The notes under the pieces: model-generated
Databases searched by the model: none
Told to the model about the DNA's origin: nothing
What the model saw: the letters and a program-made list of their open reading frames with translations, nothing else
Part shown: positions 1 through 13,910 of the stretch, one piece after another
Position numbering within the stretch: position 1 is the stretch's first letter
Layout of the letters: each line of letters begins with the position of its first letter
Translations under genes and position numbers: made by a program
NCBI GenBank assembly: GCA_044892505.1
Contig: CM097883.1
Location: 256,060,001 to 256,124,000, forward strand
Reading direction: 5' to 3'
From: Schmidtea nova
Taxonomy: Eukaryota
DNA length: 64,000 nt

Positions 1-148
1 TTCTGGCTACTGTGATTGAGACGAGTAAATCAAAAGAAATTGGAATTAAAGGACGATACATTTTAGTTGTTACAGATATTGGATTAGAATTAAAAGATGA
101 ATATACGGAGAAAACTGTTAAAATATGGGAAATTAAAATTATTAGAAG
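1..148 (+). CDS. Host gene exon (5' end outside window): N-terminal half of an IRS/DOK/FRS2-type PTB domain
   Basis: Frame reads LATVIETSKSKEIGIKGRYILVVTDIGLELKDEYTEKTVKIWEIKIIR, ending at AG|GTTATT (GT 149-150). Splicing to 42320 gives IKIIRRFGEKDNVFSFELG, matching the DOK/FRS2 PTB pattern (LRRYGRDxxxFSFEAG). Confidence 0.78.
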
Positions 149-1762
149 GTTATTTATTATTTTAATAATCATTAAAAATTTAAAATGTTTGAAGAGAGTT
201 TTTAATAAATAAAATCTTTTAAAGTTTTAAAAATTTAGTTTGTGATATGCATAGAAATCCAAGAATAAAGATAAATCACTGTCATGAATTATTTTTATTA
301 ATCATTTTGTTGACAAATACCGTGGTTATTTTTATACCCAATCTTAGAATAGACTTGAAAAATATAAATAACACATTCGATATCAAAGGATTCCATACCA
401 ATAATTGGTTCTTGTCTGTTAATTCACCCAAATTATTCTATTTCTATTTTTTAAAGAAATGAATGCCAAATCATTTATTCTAATATAAAACAACATTAAG
501 TGTATTCTATTTAATTGTTTGCAAGCTAATTGTCACAGGTTAAACAGGTGGCCAAAAAAGCAGTATCAGCGAAAATCGCATCAAATACATTCAATTGCCG
601 AACTTGTGTACGTCTACGCCACATGTTTTCACACATTATAGGCTCTCCATTGTTACAAATTCATATTTATATTTTATTATTTATTATTTATTTAATTTGT
701 TTTGTTATTTATTAATTGGATAATTTAACTGAATTAATTTAAATGATTAAAAATAATTGGGGTGAATTACCCGACAAGTACACAATAATATTTCATATGT
801 TGAATTATTCTTTCATTTTAAAGTATTAATATCTTTAATTTAGTCCAATTTTTATGTTTTCTTTTCAATTTTAAATATTTTCATTTTTTTATTAGTTGAT
901 CAAATTTCTTTCAATTTGTACAAAGATTTTGGCACTGACTTTATCAAGTGACATTTCTTATTTAAACGTGTTGTGTAAAATATTTTTCTCAAAATAATTT
1001 AGCTATATAGCAAAATTTTCATTTTTGTTTGAATAAGCAAATTTTTTAGAACGATGAACTCATGTAATTTAAGAATTAGGTTATATCATTCATTTCTAGG
1101 TGAAAACAACTATTTTCAGTTCACAACTACATTTCTGGCACGATTTATCAAGCTTTCAAATACCAATTCCACAATGCACCATATTTTGTTTCCAATTAAC
1201 ACAAAGCTATTCACATACTGTTATGTAACCAATAGTTAGAAAATCGTTTTGTCATTGCTTTACGTGCTAATACCTTCTTTCCTTCAATGAAATCATGCAT
1301 ACCTTTCTTTGTTTTGTCCATAACCATCATCTGCACTGCACTTTAATTGCTAAACAATGACAACCAATTTCTCTATCGTATATTGATGTGTAATGAAAAA
1401 TGGATTGTTTTTGATAACAGAATGTGTGATTATTAATGATTGGAAAAAAATTAAAAACTGAAACACTTTCGAAAACCAAAGTTCCATCAAAAAAAGCTCG
1501 CGGAGACTGTTTGGTGGTCGATTTCGGGCATAATAAAGTATAGTCTTCTCGATTCTGGTGAAAACTTTACAACAGCTAAATATTGTCATGAAATCGATGA
1601 AATGAAACCGGAACCGAAACTTTAACTTCATTATCCGGCATTGACCAACAATTCTCTTGGATGACAACGCTTAGTCACATGTCGCACGACTAACACTGCA
1701 GAGACCAAATGAATTGACCTACGAAGCTCTGTTTCATCAACCATATTGATCTGACCTCTTAG

Positions 1763-4701
1763 CAGTGGCGGACTGGGCCGGCGGGACACCGGGACATTTC
1801 CCAGTGGGCCGGTCGAATTAGAGGCCGCGAGGCCGGCGATATGTAAACTATTAAATTATTTCTTCTGATTAAAAAAAATAAATAAATGAAACAATATACA
1901 ATACATCCATACCTCGCTTTACGGCCTAGATACGTTCTACGAAACTTGGCCGCAAAGCGAAAAGCCGTATAACGAATCAATTATTCTAATTATCAATGCA
2001 ATTATCAATGCAAACTTTAAGAATAAATTATCGATTAATTTCTGTTTAGGCGTTAATGGGTTAAATAAATACTTATTGTATTATATTGTTAAATTATTTA
2101 CGTTTATTATTTAGAAAAAATGGAAAAAAGAAAATTTAAAGGAGGCGCTCAAAAAGAGAGAAAAGGGACAAAAAATCATGCAAGAAGCTGCTAAAAATAC
2201 TCTTAAATTAAGTGATATGTTTGCTTCAACTTCTAAGATCAATGCATTTGATATTGAAAATTTGAATAAGAATTTGGATTTAAGTTCATCAGTTTCGAGG
2301 AATGATGATACTATTATGTGTCCCATTGGCGCAGATAAAGTTGAAACATCAATTCTCGAAGAAATAACTTCAGTTTCAACTTCCACCCATGCCAATAATG
2401 AAATGATAACACCAACAAACAAAATGTTTAATTTCTTATCAGATAATTATTTCATAAGGCCAGGAAATCAAAATTATGAAGAGTTTTTTAAAAAACATCC
2501 GTGCCAATCAACCATTGATGACATTACTAATTTACCTTTTAAACCAAATTTAATATTTTATAGAGAAGATAAAGTAAATAGGCGTTGGCTATCATATAGT
2601 TTGGAAAAAAATGCTCTATTTTGTACCATGTGTTTGGCTTACAGTGATATTACAAACGAGAGTTCGTTTGTAAATCGTGGAATGACGGACTGGAGGCACA
2701 CTTTGCAACGTGTTAAAGAACATGAAAATAGTAAAACTCATGAAAATTGTGTAAATTGTCATATGCTCAAATCTAAAGGCAAAGATATTTATAATTTAAT
2801 GTTCACAAATGAAGGAAGCATACGTCAGAAAAATATTATTGAACGAAAGCAAGTATTGGAAAGAATTATAGATGTTGTAAAATTAATTGGAAAAAGAGGA
2901 TTAGCTTTTCGCGCTCACCGATCTGAATCTGTTTCTTCACTTTCACTTGAAAACAATCAAGAAGACCATGGTAATTTTTTAGAAATAATATTGCTACTCT
3001 CTAAATATGACGCTGTTTTAAAATTACATTTATCAAGAGTCATCAAAGAAAAGAAGAAAAATAATGAAACATCTGCGGGAACTAAAGGTAGAGGCAGTTT
3101 CATTTCATTAATTTCAAAATCTACTATTAACCAGGTAATTTTGGCCAGTGGAAAATTAATTCAAGATAGCATTTTGTTAGATATACAGGAAGCAGGTATT
3201 TTTTCTTTGCAAATTGACACCACACAGGACATAACACAAAAGGATCAGTGCTCAATTGTTGTCCGATATGTAAAGGGAAATATTTATGAACGTGTAGTAG
3301 CTGTTTTAAATTGCAAATCGTCTACAGGGAAAGACATGTGCAATTTAATTAGTACTTTTATTAAAAACAGTGGATTAAATATTAAAAATTGTATCGGTAA
3401 TTCGACAGACGGAGCAGCAAACATGCGTGGACGGTATCATGGCTTCACCAGTTGGTTAAGTAAAGAATCACCTGGTCAAATTCACGTTTGGTGTTATACC
3501 CACGTATTGAATTTAGTTGTCACAGATGCTACTAGTTCGGTAATTGAAGGTACTTCTCTCTTTCAATTACTCAACTTGTGTGCCGTATTTCTAAGAGAAT
3601 CTTATCAACGTATGGATGTTTGGGAAAACACCAGTGTAAAAATAAGGTATCAGAGACTTAACGTTATAGGTGAAACAAGATGGTCAGCAAAAGAAACAGC
3701 ACTTAAAAAATTTTTGGTCATTATGATAACAAAGAAACCTCATTATATGTAGACTTATTGATAACTTTGAATTATTTTGTGTCTAATGTATCTTTTAATG
3801 CTCAAATTAGACACACTGCATCAACACTAATGGAGTCTTTATTGAAATTTAAAGTTATACTTACAGCGCATATTTATTTAAAAATTTTTCAATATATTGG
3901 ACCGTTATCTAAATATTTACAAACCAGCAATTTAAATTATTTAACAGCTTATAACATGGTAACTTCCACATTAAATTCTTTAAAAAAATTTTCACGTGAT
4001 TTTAGTAATGTAAAAGAAAAGGCAAATTCATTTGCTAAACGTGCAAATACACTACTTGAAGAGGAAAATTGTGAAATAATTGTCGAAGAAGATATACCAG
4101 AAGAGAGATTTAGACGTCGAAAGAATTAACTGATTTAATGACAAAATGGGACGACTTTAAAATATCTATGCAAGATATATATAACACCGATGAATTAACT
4201 GATTCAGATTCAGAAATAATAAGTGAAGTATGCCTCAAAAACAAAAAGAGTTGCAAAAATTGTATTTATTGCTGTTTTAATTTCTTGGCTAAATATAATT
4301 TATATAGCAAAGTATACAGCAATGTTTATTTTGCATATAAATTTATTTTAACATTATCTTCGACGCAAGTAGCTTGTGAACGTAGTTTTTCCAAATTAAA
4401 AATTATAAAAAATAGACTCAGATCTTCCTTGTCACAAGATAATTTGCAGTTTTTGATGCTTATGGCGATAGAGAAGGATATTTTGGTTAATTTAAATAAT
4501 TATACAATAATAGAGAAAATAAGAGAAAATGCTCCTGGTATTAGTAAATATTTAAATGGTTAAGAATCTTTTGTTTATTTATTTTTTATTAAGTATGTAT
4601 TTATATGTAATATTATATTAAAATGTTATTTTATATTATATTGTTTTTTTTGAGGCCACTTGGGGTTTCCCGGGCCGCTCAAATTTGCCAGTCCGCTACT
4701 G
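1763..4701 (+). mobile_element. hAT DNA transposon, complete with TIRs and 8-bp TSD
   Basis: TIRs CAGTGGCGGACTGG / CCAGTCCGCTACTG. TSD CCTCTTAG (1755-1762) / CCTTTTAG (4702-4709), one mismatch. Confidence 0.9.
2120..4563 (+). pseudogene. hAT transposase (ZMYM1/DUF4371-like, C-terminal dimerisation domain), disrupted
   Basis: ORFs 2178-3752, 3758-4129 and 4138-4563 carry RWLSYS, CTMC, DHGNFLEII, FSLQIDTTQD, STDGAANM, WCYTHVLNL, ETRW and CERSFSKLKIIKNRLRS. A frameshift near 2170 and stops near 3750 and 4130 disrupt it. Confidence 0.88.
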
Positions 4702-7700
4702 CCTTTTAGCAACAAACTAACGTTTTTTTAAACTTTGGACAATTTTCTTAGTGGTAAAATCTTTAGAGACTAGGAAGCTGTCTGAAGCCATAATTTTTAT
4801 GTTAACGGAACATTTAAAATTTTTTCTCATTGACAAAGGTGTATAAAATCGGATGATTCCTCTTTTGAATAATAAAGTATTTTATTAGCCAAGTAAAAAA
4901 TTGTATTGATTTCGCATCAACTTAATAAAAGGAAATTGTAGTGGAAAAGTTTTCAATGGAAACCAAACTTGAAGATCTAAGCCCAGCATAATTAGACTTT
5001 TGATATTGTTTTATTCTAAGTCTAAGACATCCTTGGTAGTTATTTTGTAGTCACAAATCATCAATAAAACGCCTAAATTGTCAATGAAAACAGAAAAATT
5101 CACACATTACACCGTCATATTTTTTTGGCATATTTGCGGTTAAAGAATCACTAACATTTTGTCAAATTTTCATAATTAGCCTGTCATAGACAATCTTTAT
5201 AGTTCTGCTTCAAAATATCTTTCTATCATAAGAACTGAATTCAACTCCGATTTGTCGTTTTTTGCAATTAAATTAAAAGTCAATTTTGTTTAAAATGTTG
5301 CGAAGTTTAAAGATTATTTTACATTTTATCTAACTTAAATTTATTCATTTGTTTTAATTATGAATTTCAAAAGAAAATTCTCAAAAGTCAGGAATTTAAC
5401 ATTGCGTTATTGATAGTGATTTTATGCGGGAAACTTTTGCGATTTAATATTTTCGCTTGTCGGTCTTATTTTGGTAGTGCTGAAAATAAACTCTGAATAG
5501 TGAAAAAATAATATGTTTAAGAATCAATTCCAAGTATCATAGATGCATTAATATCATTGTTCATTCTGCAATCCCCGCTTGTTTATTTTCCTTGTATAAA
5601 TTAAAACAAATAAATTTTATCAAATTATAGTATAATAATTACCACCCCGTCGTAAGTGCTCAGGAAAAAGGTGCGCCGTCAAAAGTGAGCAGTGAAAATT
5701 TTAAAATTGTACTATTTTCTACTTCATAATTTTGAGAAGGTTAGCCTAAACAAATATTAAGCCGTCTTCTAAGTTTCCTGTATAGCAGAGTCCTTCTTCC
5801 ATCTAATCTCATGGTGGTTGTGAAAAGCAAAAGAACGTCATTTGGCAAAGCCATATTACAAATATTTGTATGTATGTCAAAATATTTTAGACATTAAACT
5901 TTATTCTAATTGCAGACGTTGCAAGAGCTTTAGATAAACTGGTGTAAAGCATCTCTTTCCAACTTAAAACAATCATTGATACCAGGGAAGACAAAGAATG
6001 ATTCCACCCTGAGATTGCTCAATTGTAGGGTCTTATTATCAACACATTTTATTCTAATAAAGAAATTTTTTATGAGAATTAATCCCTAATTTAAGCAACG
6101 CATTAAAGATGATTTGCTTAACAATCTTAACAAGTCCCTTAGTTTTTTCTGATATTGTCAAAGAGTTAAAGATAAAAAACAATCTTGTCAAACAAGTTAG
6201 AAATTGAAATATTATTGATACTGGTATCGGTATGAGGAGAGTTGATTTTATTACATATTTTGGAACGATTTCAAGATCAAGAACAAAAGCATTATTTAGT
6301 TCATTGTAAGCTGGTGCAGAGATTTCAGAGACAGACCAAGTCAATGTCGGGGTATACTCGTCTTATCTAGTAACAGACAAAGTACAGGCACTGATGATAA
6401 ACAATATCTAAGAGGATTTTAAACTGGTGGCTTTTCACAATCAAATATCAAAATTCAGAAAGAATACACAGAAGCACAAAGATTAATTACATTTCTAATC
6501 CTTGTGAAATGAATCCATGTGTATACATTTCTGACATCCATCATTACCATGGGAACAAATTCATTGTTCGGCTTATACTTTATCCTTATAAGAAAACCCG
6601 TAACTATCTAGGTTTAACTCGCATAAGTTATTTGGGTGAGATAACTGACTGATTGGAAGAAAAGTATAGCTGATTTAGCACGAGAATTAGAATATGATCC
6701 TATTAATTTATTAAATAGCATAGATCGAGATTATAATTTCTTTCCAGCCTATGCATTATTTATATTATAACAGCAAGACCGATAAAAATAAAGTTCTTTT
6801 CAATAGAGAAATTTCAAAGGTTCAATTTGTCATTAATTCCAGACTTAGTTTGATTATACTTTTGATTTTCTATGAGAAAAATTAGAATATTTTTCAAATT
6901 CTTTTTATTAGGCATTAATATTTCGTTCAGTCAATTAAAATTTATATTTCTTCACTCTCCTAATCTTATTATATAAACCGTTCTCAAAAATTTGCACTAG
7001 GCCGCATATAAGAATTTCAAAGAAAATCCGAATTAACTAATCGACGGCTTTATACGTATAATTTCATGTGTCACATCATGATAAATATCATTTTTGAATA
7101 CCATTAGACAGATGATAGTGAAGGAACATTAATCAATGGGAAGAGTTGAAGAATTTCCCTGTAATTTCAATAGAACCAATACAACCATGGGTATCCTAAT
7201 AAAACTAGAAAGATTCAAAAACTTAAAATGTTAATTCATTTTCCTAGATGGGAAAAATTATGATATAGTTTGAAAAGCTGAAAGTAATTGTTTAGTCGCA
7301 TTGAAACGCTTAATGTATAGCAAAGCAATGATTTGATTCTCAAAAAAGAATAGAATTCTAATCTTGAACTGTTAAATTCTAACCTAAAAATCTCACAGAA
7401 GTTGTAATAGTTATATATGCAATTTATTCTCAATGACAAGATAACGCGTGATTACATTGCAAAGACGAAGTTGCAAAAAGTTAATGCTGAAAAAGCGTGA
7501 AATTACCATCAAACATATCAGATTAATATCTAGTACTAAATTTATAGCATCATTTGAATAAAAATTTTTATAAAAATTATAAATCAAATGATATTTTTTA
7601 AGATTACGCAAATTTTCGTTGCTACCTTTTTCAAGCGTATATATAAATACATAGAAATACACACTTGAAAAAGGCTGTCGAAAATTTGTGTAACTTTTAA

Positions 7701-9082
7701 AAAATGTTGTGATCTTTAGTCTTTATAAAAAAATGAAAATTGCTGAGGTAGAATCAAAATTATTCAAAAGGATTTTAAAAATGATTAACAGTAATGATAT
7801 TGAAGGTATATAAAAGAAAAATATAAGCTTAAAATATTTTATAGTGAAATTTTCAAAGATCTAGTAGAAAGATGATATGTGATAACAATAAACATGCATA
7901 TGCGTAATCATATAATATAAATAAGATGTACACATCTTGTCCCATAATTTCTTTTCTTGAGTATTTTTTATAGTTATACATAATCTCCAACACATGAGTC
8001 ATTACAAATATAAAAGACAACAAAGTACAAATAGCAAAATTCATTTCTTTAAGAATTACTTTTATCTTTAGGTAATTATCGTCGATTTTGCATCATCAAT
8101 GGCATGCCAGCGTGTAAGTGTGTATTCGGCATTTTGTAAGTGTGTAATCAGTGTTGTATATGCGTGTAATTGGTATTGGCTGCTGATAAAGACATGATGA
8201 ATTAATAGGCCTTATATGATAAAATAAACTTAATGGAGTAAACTAGGAAAATCAATTTATTAGCTAGGAAAGGATTCAACTTTTACCGCACTGGAATAGA
8301 CGAGTTCGAAAAGACGATTACATAATATTTTCAGGTTTTAAGCAGTTTTATCATGCTCTTTATAAGGTCCAAACTCAAAAGATAAGCTTCTTTTACGATC
8401 TATTAAATTTTAAAAACGATCACTTGTAACATTCATGGTCTCACTAAAAACTAAAGTTCTGCGAGTCTGTATTTTCCTACTCAAAAAATGTCAATTATTT
8501 AATTGTTTATTTATTTTTTTCGATATATGTACTTGGTTTATTCCTATTTCGTAATTATTAAAATTTATTGTTACTGTTAACAACGAAATATGACTATCCT
8601 CAGGAAATGATTATTGTGTGGTGCGTTGAAATAGCTTTTAATTCATTACTCAATATCTTTATATATTTGTTACCTTTGATTTTTCCCTTAATATTTTCGA
8701 GAATAAATGAACACTTGAAAAAGTCAGTACCGAATATGCATTGAATATGGAAAAAATATTTTAATTTATTGTCTAAAGAATGCATGCCAGGTGGAATTTT
8801 ACTTGATTTTTTACTGTGAATTTTCTAGGTGAAAAGAAAATGAAAAAGAAATTAAACCTGTTTGTGTTTGCACACATGTAATATTTAAATTTTTATTCAC
8901 TTTTTCTTTTTTTAAATTAAAATGAAATAACAAATATTGTAAAATATAAAAAAAGGTCTAAGCTCCCTAATTTAAAAAAGTAAACATCAGCAAAGGAGTA
9001 AATTTGTATAAATAATGAAAAAACACTTTAATTATCATTCACTTATGTATAAAAAACATTCTATTGATATAATTGGTTTTTG

Positions 9083-9341
9083 GGTTATATACCAGTTTTG
9101 GGTGGTACAAAATAATTAATTTTAATATAATAGTACAAAATAATTAATTTTAATATAATAGTACAAAATAATTTCTTTTAATATTCAATTTAATAATTTA
9201 ATAATTTAATAATTTAATAATTTAATAATTAATAATTTAATAATTAATTTAATAATTTAATAATTAAATTATTAAAATATTAAAATATTAAAATATTAAA
9301 TTAATTAATTATTTTGTACCACCCAAAACTGGTATATAACC
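9083..9341. mobile_element. MITE/foldback with ~39-bp TIRs and 8-bp TSD
   Basis: GGTTATATACCAGTTTTGGGTGGTACAAAATAATTAAT and its reverse complement bracket an AT-rich low-complexity core. GGTTTTTG lies on both sides (9075-9082, 9342-9349). Confidence 0.85.
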
Positions 9342-10046
9342 GGTTTTTGTTTTTCTTTATATAAAAAGTGGTAATATCGGCAAATTTATTACGTCAATGT
9401 TTATTGATCGACTTGTGTTATTATTTTACGATTTTTCATAAACTTAAATAACTGTTGGACGAAATTTCATCATTGCATTGATATTTTGTAATTGTGTGCA
9501 TGTTTATAAATTTTGATTTCGAATAAACATCCTTGATGCTGACTACTAAAATAAATTATAAATTTAACATTATTCTATTCGAATAGAATCGATATTTATA
9601 AAAACAGAATGAAAATTCATTTATAGTAATGCAATAATAATAATAAAATGAAAATAATAATAATAGTTGATAAATGTGCACGTATCTTTATATTATTTTG
9701 CATATTTGTTATTACTGAAATAGTGATAACATTGCGTAAGATAATATTTTGATTTAATTAAAATTCTTCTCATTTATTATTAAAAAATCAATTTGTTTTA
9801 ATTGTCTATATTGTATAATTCAACATTTTCTAGACAAAATCAAATTTCTAAAAATAATTATTACTATTATTGCTGTATTGTTAATATTTATTTTTACTAT
9901 CATTGGCTTTTATTAAAATTTAATTTAACCAAAATAAAGTTTGACCTTACGGTCGAGAATGTAAATAATGAAATATGTATACCTTTTCGCTACACTCATA
10001 CCACTCATTTCCTTTTAATCCCATTGAAATAAAACAGGGGGAGTGG

Positions 10047-10189
10047 TTATAATAAATGGTCTAGTACTAAACAGCAGGCATAAATTTAGAAATTGCATTC
10101 AACATAGCAGAAAACATTATAATAAATGGTCTAGTACTAAACAGCAGGCATAAATTTAGAAATTGCATTCAACATAGCAGAAAACATTA
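10047..10189. repeat. Perfect tandem duplication, 70-bp unit x2
   Basis: TTATAATAAATGGTCTAGTACTAAACAGCAGGCATAAATTTAGAAATTGCATTCAACATAGCAGAAAACA starts at 10047 and again at 10117. Confidence 0.9.
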
Positions 10190-11069
10190 GTTTAGAGTTA
10201 AATAATAGTTGAACTGATGTTGAACAGTGCCTTTTTGGTATTTATGACGACATTTTGCACTATCCACAAACGATTTATTGTTTAGCTCTTTCATATAGTG
10301 CCCAGATAAACGAAGTTATAATAATAATTTATAATGTAATGTTGATATCCGGCAGCTTCCAATTTAGCAGACTTGTATCCTTACCAACAGCCTAATAACC
10401 TTATTATTCTATTCTCAATATTTGCTTCTATCGCCGCCATTAATATTTTTGCGGAATGATTGAGAAAACTAACGGAAAATCACAATTATAACGGAAACAT
10501 ATCGTAATTTGATTCCTCATGTCCTTAATATTCATATAGCAAGACCAACAAAATAAGATTTATTAAATAATTAATAAATAACAGGGTAAAACTTAGCAAC
10601 AAAGATTTGTGAGTGGAAACTTTCGCTCATAGAATAATTCTTAATCAAGATTGATAAAGATTATTTTATAATCGAATATTTTCACTTAAAAACACTTTGC
10701 AGGGAAGTCTTACCACCATTTTTATTAAGGTTTATTATCAATACAATTAAAAATCTCTTAATAATTCAGTTCACTTTAAGCGACACTTTCAGACTTGTCA
10801 CTTTGAACCAATCGGAATGTTGTGCCACAACCCAGTTAAGGTGAAATATAGTTTGTATTCTACACTTTTGAAATAATTTTGTTTTAATTTAAATATTTTC
10901 TAAGAATTATGTAATTTCTTTCTAAACTGTTTTTATTTAGAGATAAATTAAAGTTTTGAATCACTAATCTTTTCGTTCTCATATTTTCGTTCTCGTATTT
11001 TCTTTATATACAACGCTGATTCTGTTGTTTCTTTTATTAATAGAATAGCCGTTTCAGCAGTATTCTTAT

Positions 11070-11389
11070 GGTTGGCCAGAACAAAAGCGGGCCCGATGCA
11101 AAGTTTCCTAGTGGGTCCTTAAAAGAAATTTCATACGAGAAATAATGATTTAATGCAATTTGTTATTTATTACATTTAAAACAGTAAGGAAAAAATTTAA
11201 ATTAATAAAAATTAACAAAAAACTTTATAATTATAACACATATGTTATTTATGATTGTTTATGATTGTTTATACAGAAATAATTATATTATTTTATCAAT
11301 TTTCAAGAACAAAAGGTTAATAACATTTTATTTAAATGCGTGAACGATGCGGGGTCGTGTGCAGTCGCACCGACCTTCGGCCGGCCCTG
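11070..11389. mobile_element. Probable degenerate non-autonomous hAT-like MITE
   Basis: Right end ...CGGCCGGCCCTG and left GC island GCGGGCCCGATGCAAA...GTGGGTCC surround an AT-rich core. Left TIR and TSD not resolved. Confidence 0.4.
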
Positions 11390-11513
11390 ATTATCCTCTC
11401 TAAAATACATTCCACATACTTTTAAAATAATTGTTAATTCATGAAAGATTTTCAATGATTTCTACAAATAATTTAAGAAACATTTATGATTTTAATAAAT
11501 TAATAAATAACAA

Positions 11514-11632
11514 AATAACAAAATAAGCCTTTGCTGCAAAATATTTTTATTAAGTGAAAAGTTTCGATTAAAAAATAATCAAAAATTTTCACTAAATAAA
11601 AATATTTTCCAGCAAAGGCTTATTTTGTTATT
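11514..11632. repeat. Near-perfect ~120-bp inverted repeat (hairpin)
   Basis: 47-bp arms (AATAACAAAATAAGCCTTTGCTGCAAAATATTTTTATTAAGTGAAAA and complement, 2 mismatches). The spacer contains a further GATTA/TAATC pairing. Confidence 0.85.
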
Positions 11633-12996
11633 CATGAATTTATAATATTTAATGCTTCTACCAAGGAATCACGGTTTGATACATTTATGATTTTTTATGA
11701 CTATGCAACTTAATTGAATATTAAATAATTGAGTTAAAAATAATTAAATCCAAAGATTTCTGAAAGTGAAAACTAAAAACAAGTGGCAATTGAAAGAATA
11801 CATATATATTATATAATTTCATATTAATAATTGTTTCTAAAAGGTGTAAATGCGAAAAAATTAATTAATTAAAAAATTATTCATTCCATCAATTATCATG
11901 ATGTAGAAAATAAAATTTCGTTTTTGACAGCCGATAGCTTAAAATTTGTTAAACTAGAAATATTATAGATTGTGTTGTCAGATTGATTTCGTATCCTTAA
12001 GAAAACTTGAGAAAAAAGCGAATCTCATTGTAATTATTTATGATAACTCTGAAAACAAATGAAATTTACTCGATTTTGATTGGCTCGTCTATAGGTAAAA
12101 TTTTGAATTAAAATTTGTGTAGTGAAGACTTAAAATTTCAATTTTGTTATGTATTAATTAAAGGAAATAGAACTGGTGAAATTCAACTTAAATTTTATTA
12201 GACAGTTTATTGTTATTGAAGTTCAAGAAATCAAGTCTGAAAAGTTGAAAATAAAATATTAAGAAATTGAGAATGTGGTTAAAATAATTTGTATAATTTT
12301 TGAATGAAAATAGTTTAAAGAAAAGTAAATTTGTTTCAAAATTAGAGCCAAATGTAAATTTTCTAATTGTTATAATAAAAGTAGTAAATTAAAACAAAAA
12401 AGTAAAATGAAAACTAATTATGTGAATATTATGAATGCTGGGATTATGGGTGGGTTTTAAGTAATTCAAATAAATTATTAATCATTAATTGAACGACTAT
12501 TGATGAGTACGTATACTAGGGATTTCCACGCCCATAACCATACATAACATGACTACTACACGCGTATGCCCTTGACTATTCCCCACTAGTCAAGTTGGTA
12601 CTGCATACGGTGGTGGAAAAATGATGGGCAGGTGAGCTTTGTTGCCAAAACTACTCCCCATTTATCTTCCCTCGGGTCCTTGCTGCCGATAGAAGGTCTT
12701 ACGCATTTACATTCTATGGATGTTCGTTTCTTACTGCATTTTATACTACATATCCTTATGATCTATCATACGCTTTTCCCAATGACTTTCCTTAATTGAT
12801 CTACAATGTAATTAATCAGTCTCGGCGTAGAAATGGTCGGTTTGAGAAAATTACGGATGCGATTTTCTATTTCGATGATTTCAGTGTTGTTAATTTATTT
12901 TATTTAGTAACCTCGCCCGATGAGAGACAAAATTTACACAGAAAATACTTTTATTAAAATACTAAAATCAGGTTGTTATTTTACATGGATATTTTC

Positions 12997-13581
12997 CTAA
13001 GCGAATTCCAGACTGATCTCCTGAATCAACTCCGCTTCGGTTAAGGAGTTCAAGTGGTGGATTTGTTCGTCCAGGCGCTTTGCAACTTCTCGGCGACGAC
13101 GACGCTGTCGCGATCCCATTCGGTGTTTCCGAAGCTGTTGGTTTATGACCGGTGCTGACGCTATTGTTCTCGGGGGATCACTGAGAAAAACAGGCAAATC
13201 TTCCGTTGTAAGAGAGGGGGCCATGATGATTCCCTCTTCCGTCCCGCAAGCGACATCTTGGTGAGTGCATTGTATCCAGCGCTGAGCTGTGATCGGCCGG
13301 ATTAGCGCTCGTAATTCGGAGTCGATGTAACTTCTTGTTACTGCATTTAGGCAATTTCGGAGTTCTCGCTGGACGGCATCTAGTTCCAATTTGGTTGTGG
13401 CCAGTGCTTCCTGCATTCGCTCCAGTTTTTTCGACTGGTCCTTCATTTGTTCGGGCGAGAACCACTTCGCTCTCAATTCATCGTTGGCGACCGTGAGTCG
13501 CTTGATCTGGCGCTGCTGGTCCCTCAACTTCCTCTCTTGGACTTGTCCCATGATTTTCTTGGAATTTTCTGAAGTCGGCAT
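12997..13581 (-). CDS. LTR-encoded ORF-B (194 aa): coiled-coil, Arg-rich motif; 3' LTR copy
   Basis: ATG-initiated GC-richer island between AT-rich spacers. TTCAG/ACAG acceptor-like sites precede the ATG and AATAAA follows. Contains RKHRMGSRQRRRRR. Confidence 0.6.
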   Translation of the reverse strand: MPTSENSKKIMGQVQERKLRDQQRQIKRLTVANDELRAKWFSPEQMKDQSKKLERMQEALATTKLELDAVQRELRNCLNAVTRSYIDSELRALIRPITAQRWIQCTHQDVACGTEEGIIMAPSLTTEDLPVFLSDPPRTIASAPVINQQLRKHRMGSRQRRRRREVAKRLDEQIHHLNSLTEAELIQEISLEFA

Positions 13582-13910
13582 GCTGTCTGAATATTATAAC
13601 GATAAATTCGCTGGAGGACCTATCAACAATGTTATTTTATTTAGTCTATTATTTACTATCATTAAACGAGATGCATACTAATGTTTTTAATTATTAAGTT
13701 TGTTGCCAAATTAATTAACTATCTAATTATTGAAGGCTCAAAAATTTTATTGAACTAATTTGAGATTATTAAATGAAATTCCTAATGACTATAACAACTA
13801 CAATACTGGATATTAATAAATCTACATTACGACACTATTAACAAAATGAGATACTTCAGAAATTTTTTAAAACATTTATTAAATTCAAAAATAGGTGGCC
13901 ATTGATTCAA

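Larger units (their letters stand above)
1100..4927 (+). mobile_element. Decayed mariner transposon interrupted by the hAT element (left end approximate)
   Basis: Degenerate FLYRILMCNEKWIVFDN (~1370-1420) and D-N-A-x-S-H-V-A. A PYSPDL-like motif is cut at 1762 and resumes after 4709 as FFKTLDNFL. Mariner-like end ...TTTCGCATCAACTTAATA at ~4927. Confidence 0.7.

Noticed and set aside
6054-6800. Coding-looking fragments (possible decayed LINE or other TE)
   Set aside because: No diagnostic motif could be read with confidence on either strand.
12519-12527. GGGATTTCC kB-like site in the LTR, tempting given the TRAF/ankyrin cargo
   Set aside because: A single 9-mer in 3.3 kb is compatible with chance, and NF-kB presence in the host is not established.
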